Shown: piece by piece, positions 59,120-64,000 of the stretch
How positions within the stretch are numbered: the first letter of the stretch is position 1
How the letters are laid out: each line of letters opens with the position of its first letter
Source of the DNA: Promethearchaeota archaeon
GTDB taxonomy: Archaea > Asgardarchaeota > Lokiarchaeia > Sigyniarchaeales > SOKP01
Direction: 5' to 3'
Assembly: GCA_048937405.1 (NCBI GenBank)
Contig: JBHLNF010000001.1
Location: forward strand, 288,001-352,000
Length of the DNA: 64,000 nucleotides
The notes under the pieces: generated by a model
Databases searched by the model: none
The model's input: only the letters and a program-made list of their open reading frames with translations
What the model was told of the DNA's origin: nothing
Translations under genes and position numbers: made by a program

Positions 59120-59401
59120 ATGAAAGATGTAGTTTCTTTAACATTTAGCGGAAAAACATTAGGATTCCCTATTCAAAGTGGATTTTTAGAAGAATTAGGA
59201 TTGAAGCGTGGTAATTGGGTTGAAGTAGAAATTTTCATTCCATATCAAGGAAAATCCTCATTTATAATTACTCGAAGGTTAAAACCTATTGGAAGTTCAC
59301 TAGGAGTAACTATTCGTAAATATATAGTTGATGAATTAGAGCTTAGTAAGGGAACCAATTTTCAAATAGATGTTAGAAAACCAAAAACTCCTTCAGTTTA
59401 A
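59120..59401 (+). CDS. Tandem AbrB/SpoVT-like DNA-binding protein
   Basis: Two repeats G.TLG.PI...LEELGLKRG.WVEV and GSSLGVTI...ELELSKG..FQI. Confidence 0.75.
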   Translation: MKDVVSLTFSGKTLGFPIQSGFLEELGLKRGNWVEVEIFIPYQGKSSFIITRRLKPIGSSLGVTIRKYIVDELELSKGTNFQIDVRKPKTPSV

Positions 59402-59488
59402 TATTTTTCTACTTTATTTTTTGAAATTTTATTGATTAATTTTCCACAATCTATTAAATAATTTAATCTCATTCTTTTGATAAAAGAC

Positions 59489-59604
59489 GACTCCTACTAC
59501 ACGACCTAAAAAAAGGTCAAAAGGTTAATAGGACGAAGGGGAGACGTTATAGTTTATTAAAATAAACTATAAAAAGACAAAAATCCAGTTTAGTAGTAGG
59601 AGTC
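59489..59604. repeat. Nested inverted repeats, multibranch stem-loop (candidate ncRNA or cis element)
   Basis: 12-bp perfect IR GACTCCTACTAC/GTAGTAGGAGTC enclosing GACCT-A6-AGGTC and an 11-bp TTATAGTTTAT/ATAAACTATAA hairpin. Confidence 0.7.
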
Positions 59605-59699
59605 ATGATTATTGGAAATTTCTAATTCTTGCCAAGTTTTAAACAAACAATAGTGCTAATAAATATTTCTATTGTGATAATGATTGATGTTTCATAATC

Positions 59700-59912
59700 T
59701 CAATTTTTAACCGTCAAAAGTTCTTTAATTTCTTTTATAATAATATATGCTACAATCACCAAAACCAAAAGGAGTGCTGATGTTGCAACATTAGATATTA
59801 TAAAAATTACTCCACTCATACCTGTAAAAATTAGTAACATTGTATTTTCTAAGACAACCAAAATCGAAATAAATATAAAAATTCCATAAGTAGTGCTTTT
59901 CCATTCTTTCAT
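59700..59912 (-). CDS. Small two-TM membrane protein
   Basis: Two hydrophobic helices. Confidence 0.6.
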   Translation of the reverse strand: MKEWKSTTYGIFIFISILVVLENTMLLIFTGMSGVIFIISNVATSALLLVLVIVAYIIIKEIKELLTVKN

Positions 59913-60037
59913 TTTTCTATTCTTATCCTATAATACTTTTGATTGTACATTTTTTTTCAGATTAAATAAAATAAACTCCACTATTATGCAATTTCTTATG
60001 AACCTTAGCTTGATTTTTATGTCTTCTCAATTTCAAT

Positions 60038-60670
60038 TCAAATAAAACATTTCATAAACGTTGTAAAACCAAACAAAAGACAATCAATAACTCCCGCAAT
60101 GAACAGTTTAAAACTCGTTGTATGAGTTTTATTAGCATACATAATCATGAATCTTAATCCCATAATTATCCCTGCGAAACCAGTAAAAGATGTTAAAGCG
60201 AAACAATAATAGATCGATTTTTCATAAGGATATACTGCCAAATCTGGATCTTGAAACCTTGCCATAAATTCTTCTGGGATAAATCCCGCAAAGTTGATGA
60301 AGTCATATAAAAATGCGTCTGGAATTGGATCTAAGACAAACATCAATACATGTACTAAATATCCTAGAAGAATTCCCGTTGCTAACGCAAAATAAAATAC
60401 TCCTAATATTAAGTGAGTTTCTTTTGACTTGCCTAATTGTAATTTCTGCTCTTCGTCCATATCGTACTCTTTCATTTTCATTCCTCTGGAAAAACCCCTA
60501 TATCGTCGTAATGTTAAATATCCGATTGCATAGAGCAAAAAAATAAGGATATATTTTAAGAGGAGAAATAAGGTTTCCATTACTGTATTAAAAATGACAA
60601 AAAAGTTTAGAAACCTGTCAAGAATATCATCCATCCCGTCATTAATACTAAGAATTTGCGATATACTCAA
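60038..60670 (-). CDS. Multi-pass membrane protein
   Basis: About 4 hydrophobic segments; co-oriented with the HerA-like ATPase. Confidence 0.7.
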   Translation of the reverse strand: MSISQILSINDGMDDILDRFLNFFVIFNTVMETLFLLLKYILIFLLYAIGYLTLRRYRGFSRGMKMKEYDMDEEQKLQLGKSKETHLILGVFYFALATGILLGYLVHVLMFVLDPIPDAFLYDFINFAGFIPEEFMARFQDPDLAVYPYEKSIYYCFALTSFTGFAGIIMGLRFMIMYANKTHTTSFKLFIAGVIDCLLFGFTTFMKCFI

Positions 60671-60687
60671 TTTTTTCTCCCTTTATT

Positions 60688-61002
60688 TTAAAATTTTCTT
60701 TTTATTTTTTTGTGCTTTTCATTTGCGTTTTTTATAGGTAAGTTCTTAGAGTTATCCTTTTTTTGAACATTCTCTTGAATTCCCATATTTTTTGCTCGTT
60801 TCTTCCGTTTTTCTTGCTCTTTGTATATCTTTTCACAAATTTTTTTCAATTTCTCGAATGCCTTTACTTCTTCTTTTGATTTAAAGAATGAGTCCTCTAC
60901 CTCTAATTCATTTTCATTATTGTGTAATTCCTCTGAATCCTCTAATATACCCTTATATGATTTTTTCTTATTATTTCTTTCAATTCGTTTACTTTTTCCC
61001 AT
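60688..61002 (-). CDS. Charged hypothetical protein
   Basis: K/E-rich ORF with GAGG SD-like sequence upstream. Confidence 0.6.
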   Translation of the reverse strand: MGKSKRIERNNKKKSYKGILEDSEELHNNENELEVEDSFFKSKEEVKAFEKLKKICEKIYKEQEKRKKRAKNMGIQENVQKKDNSKNLPIKNANEKHKKIKRKF

Positions 61003-61033
61003 TTTTTTATTTCTAACCTCATAATTTTTTTAT

Positions 61034-62716
61034 TTATATTCTATTTATAATGGTATTGCACACATCACAACGAATAAGATCTCCAATTATCTCATTTCCG
61101 CAAAAATGACAATACTTCCCAGTATCTTCTGTTATATTTTGGGTTTCTGGTTTTTCTGGTTCATGGTCTACTATTTCAATTATATTTTCCTGACTAGTCC
61201 TATTTTGTATTCTATCTAATATTTTTTTATTATTTTGCTCAATTTCTTCTTCTGCTAACCATTCTCGTTTTATAAACGGTACTTTTAACGCAAATGGTTT
61301 TCCTATTGAATTTACTCGTATCATGCATTTACCTACACCTAATAAAGATAAAAATTTCCTCTCTTTATCTTCAAAATTTAGTAGATCCTGTAAATAGTCT
61401 TTTTGCATGTGATTTTGAAAGGACACTAAAATTCCGCAATTTGCAAGAATCTCAGGTGATACCGCAGGACGTGTCGCTAAAGAGATTAAGCATTCTCCCG
61501 TACCTCTTAAAAGTAATGCAATATCTTCTATGTAAGAAGAGATTGTGGATCGTTGTGTGGTTGACTGCGATGCAAAATACTGGGCATCTTCTATTATTGT
61601 AATATGTCTAATTCCTTTGTATTCTTTACTTCCCATTTCGATATTTATATCCCATAAATACTTGAAAAGCATATTTAAGAAAAATAGGGTATCTTCTTTT
61701 TCCCCTCCAATTTTTATAATTCCACTCACATCAAGTAAGATATTGTGCTTAAAAATTTCTTTTACATCTAATCCCATCTTCGTCTCAAAACTGTGCTTTA
61801 GTGTACCTAAGCTGTACCGTCGTATTCTATTGGTTACTGCGGTTACACTACTTTTAAAGGTAGGATCTCTAGTTTCAGCATAGATTTCTTCGTAATATTT
61901 CTCTGAATCTTCATAAAAAGCTTTCCAATTTCTCTTTACGGGATCGTCACAAACTCTTTTTAATATATCTGTAAAAACCCTTTCCATTTGAGGAGTATAT
62001 TCAACACCTTCAAATAACCCTCCACTTCTGAAAATTTGGAATACCCGTTCTGCATGTACTTCACTATCTTGTCCTTCAGGATCGAAAATATTAATGGCAA
62101 AATTTTTTCCAACTATAAACACCAGTAAGTTAGGAATTTTCTTTTGTAAATAATGATATTCTCCTTTAAATTCTGCCAATAGAAACGGTGTAGTATACTT
62201 TTTGGTATAATTGATTAGGAAATTTTGGAAAAAATTACTTTTTCCTGAACCTGTAATTCCAGTTATAAACATGTGACGGGCGAGGTCTTGTAATCTGATA
62301 TGATAACTATATTTCTTTTTATTTCCGTATAATACCGTTCCTACATTGATTTCTCCTTTTTTTGCCAAATTCTTTGTTGGATAACTTAATTTAATTAGTT
62401 CTTCTTTTTTCACATATTTGAAGGATTTTACGCTTATTACTAGCGAAATCCAAAAGATTGTTTGATTTAGGGTTATTAACGATAGTAGAAGATCATGCTT
62501 AAGGTATTCTGAATTAATATAAAACTCTAAATTCGAAAGATAATAGATTAAAAGTAGTACAATAAATAAAATGAATATTATATTAAAGATCCTATTTGAG
62601 ATTGTATTTCTTTTTCTAATAATGGTATTTTTAAACGTTCTTTTTCTAAAAAAATACCCAACTATAGAAAAAAAAATAAATCCTATACATAAAATAAATT
62701 CTATAACCAATGACAT
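61034..62716 (-). CDS. Membrane-anchored HerA/FtsK/VirB4-like (DUF87) ATPase with C-terminal zinc ribbon
   Basis: Three N-terminal TMs; RHMFITGITGSGKS, EFKGEY, IIEDAQ; CHFC...CDVC. Confidence 0.82.
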   Translation of the reverse strand: MSLVIEFILCIGFIFFSIVGYFFRKRTFKNTIIRKRNTISNRIFNIIFILFIVLLLIYYLSNLEFYINSEYLKHDLLLSLITLNQTIFWISLVISVKSFKYVKKEELIKLSYPTKNLAKKGEINVGTVLYGNKKKYSYHIRLQDLARHMFITGITGSGKSNFFQNFLINYTKKYTTPFLLAEFKGEYHYLQKKIPNLLVFIVGKNFAINIFDPEGQDSEVHAERVFQIFRSGGLFEGVEYTPQMERVFTDILKRVCDDPVKRNWKAFYEDSEKYYEEIYAETRDPTFKSSVTAVTNRIRRYSLGTLKHSFETKMGLDVKEIFKHNILLDVSGIIKIGGEKEDTLFFLNMLFKYLWDINIEMGSKEYKGIRHITIIEDAQYFASQSTTQRSTISSYIEDIALLLRGTGECLISLATRPAVSPEILANCGILVSFQNHMQKDYLQDLLNFEDKERKFLSLLGVGKCMIRVNSIGKPFALKVPFIKREWLAEEEIEQNNKKILDRIQNRTSQENIIEIVDHEPEKPETQNITEDTGKYCHFCGNEIIGDLIRCDVCNTIINRI

Positions 62717-63032
62717 GATATTTTCTCTTATTTTTAAATTGAATTCTCTATTTATAATAAAATAAATTTCTGGTTGTGTGAGATCCTCTATACGTGAGAG
62801 TTTTTTAGGGTAAAAATTTCTTATTCATTTGCAGGGAATTTAGAAATCAATATAATTTATCAAGTCTTAAATTTTACTTTGCTTTTTAGTCATTTCTTTA
62901 CTCTCGCAAATTATATTCATATTTTCTATTTTTTGAACTGCTTACTTATTTTTCGGTAGATTTTTTTCGTAAATGAATTAAAATAAAAAAAAGGGTATTA
63001 GGATATCTGAAATTTGGGGTTTTATTTCAGAT

Positions 63033-63215
63033 TTAGGTAAACAAATATGCTTCTTCTTTAGAATGCGGTAAGCTAAGAATTCCAACATCATCAATCTCAA
63101 CATCACCACACCTAAGACATTCCCATAAATATACAACTACATTAACCAGTCTAATTATATGTAATCGTGATTCCCCTGTACATTTTTTACATGTTTTATA
63201 TATTACCATGTGCAT
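63033..63215 (-). CDS. Small zinc-ribbon protein
   Basis: CKKC...CLRC. Confidence 0.55.
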   Translation of the reverse strand: MHMVIYKTCKKCTGESRLHIIRLVNVVVYLWECLRCGDVEIDDVGILSLPHSKEEAYLFT

Positions 63216-63423
63216 TACTTCTGTTTTTTTGTGAATTGTCTTCTAAATTGTTATATCGTATATCGTTTGAAATCAGTTCTACACATTCAACAAATTCCTT
63301 AAAATTATCAGGAGTATCTTCTATCACTTTCTTGGTGGCGATTAAAATTCTCCATAGATTACTTTTCTCTGTGGTTTGTAGAAACATATTATCTAATTCT
63401 TCTAAATATAACTGATTGAACAT
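63196..63423 (-). CDS. Hypothetical protein
   Basis: GGTGA SD upstream of ATG. Confidence 0.6.
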   Translation of the reverse strand: MFNQLYLEELDNMFLQTTEKSNLWRILIATKKVIEDTPDNFKEFVECVELISNDIRYNNLEDNSQKNRSNAHGNI

Positions 63424-63495
63424 TTAAATAGGTCACCTTTTTGGATTATTTTAGTAGGCTAAACGGGAAAAATAGGAAAAAGAAATTTAGTTAAT

Positions 63496-63999
63496 TTAAA
63501 GACTCAATAATTCTTTTTCGAGGTCTTGTTTATTTTTTTTTAGTAATAATCTATTTTTTCGTTTTGAATTTTGAACTTGTACGAATTCTATTATATCTTT
63601 GAGAATTGTAGGTTTGAAACTTAGGCTTACATCCTTAGAATATATTACACACTTGACATTTTCAACATCGATATTAAGCATTTTAGACAGAATATAAGCA
63701 TATCCCACAACTTGAGGTAATCCACGAATTAAATCTCCATATCTTGGTTTATATTCTATAACAATTAACTCTGACGTAATATTATCAAATCCAAGTAGAT
63801 CAATATGCCCTATTCTTCCTTTTTGCTCATCGTATATCGGTATTTCCATCCCAATTATTTGTTCCAATTTTATACTTTGTCTTTGAATCAGTTCATGTCT
63901 AGGATTCACATATTCGGTGCTTTTTGCAATTCTATTAGCTATTTCTTTTAATTTTAATGATAGTTTTCCTTTTTGATCTTTAAGTATCTTATTTTTTGA
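63496..63999 (-). CDS. PD-(D/E)XK nuclease (NucS-like), 5'-truncated by the window edge
   Basis: E...GHIDLLG...IVIEYK...QV..Y; frame is open from the GTG at 63909 to the window end. Confidence 0.75.
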   Translation of the reverse strand, partial: SKNKILKDQKGKLSLKLKEIANRIAKSTEYVNPRHELIQRQSIKLEQIIGMEIPIYDEQKGRIGHIDLLGFDNITSELIVIEYKPRYGDLIRGLPQVVGYAYILSKMLNIDVENVKCVIYSKDVSLSFKPTILKDIIEFVQVQNSKRKNRLLLKKNKQDLEKELLSL

Positions 64000-64000
64000 T

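Larger units (their letters stand above)
50640..64000. mobile_element. Probable integrated plasmid/provirus-like element (boundaries uncertain, continues past window end)
   Basis: Switch to short hypotheticals plus divergent RPA, Cdc6, RadA, AbrB, HerA-like ATPase and nuclease; no integrase or att site seen. Confidence 0.6.

Noticed and set aside
61094-61112. 19-nt match ATTTCCGCAAAAATGACAA with the RING pseudogene (50952-50970) as a possible att pair
   Set aside because: Both copies encode the zinc-knuckle peptide CHFCGN, so convergence under AT-biased codon usage explains it, and this copy sits inside an intact gene.
62793-62907. Possible long stem-loop upstream of the HerA-like gene (GTGAGAGT/ACTCTCGC)
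   Set aside because: Short, needs G-U pairs and is AT-rich inside; cannot be distinguished from chance.
4303-63415. Many short antisense or nested ORFs in the track (e.g. 4303-4497, 7003-7275, 33784-34056, 55078-55485, 61545-61883)
   Set aside because: They are shadows of well-supported genes and show no motifs of their own.
1-64000. tRNA, rRNA or CRISPR arrays
   Set aside because: No cloverleaf, rRNA-like GC-rich tract or regularly spaced repeat was found by eye; a covariance-model search would be needed to exclude small RNAs.

Overview
AT-rich archaeal DNA, most likely an Asgard archaeon (Lokiarchaeia-like). This is inferred from the eukaryote-like ubiquitin operon, an IPGY-type C-terminal sorting signal, ether-lipid genes and methanopterin/F420 genes. 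About 1-49 kb is core or accessory chromosome: uS2, a lipid cluster (kinase-GGR-GGGPS-DGGGPS), two orphan N6-adenine methyltransferases, a pterin/F420/flavin biosynthesis region, a SIR2-TPR protein, and a complete ubiquitin cassette (Ubl, E1, E2, JAMM, two RING proteins). From about 50.6 kb to the end is a probable integrated mobile element with RPA, truncated Cdc6, a RadA paralogue, AbrB, a membrane HerA/VirB4-like ATPase and a nuclease; it also contains a tnpB-only IS605-type element with IS608-like ends. The main finding is an AIR-synthase-related gene that looks frameshifted but is interrupted by a 29-nt insertion (26151-26179). The insertion folds into a canonical bulge-helix-bulge motif, and removing it at the standard splicing-endonuclease cut sites restores the frame and the conserved GFHVTRAALRD motif. 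This makes it a candidate tRNA-type intron in an Asgard mRNA. At least four conserved genes also appear to start at ATT/ATC codons. No tRNA, rRNA or CRISPR array was recognised. Family assignments come from motif recognition, not database searches.
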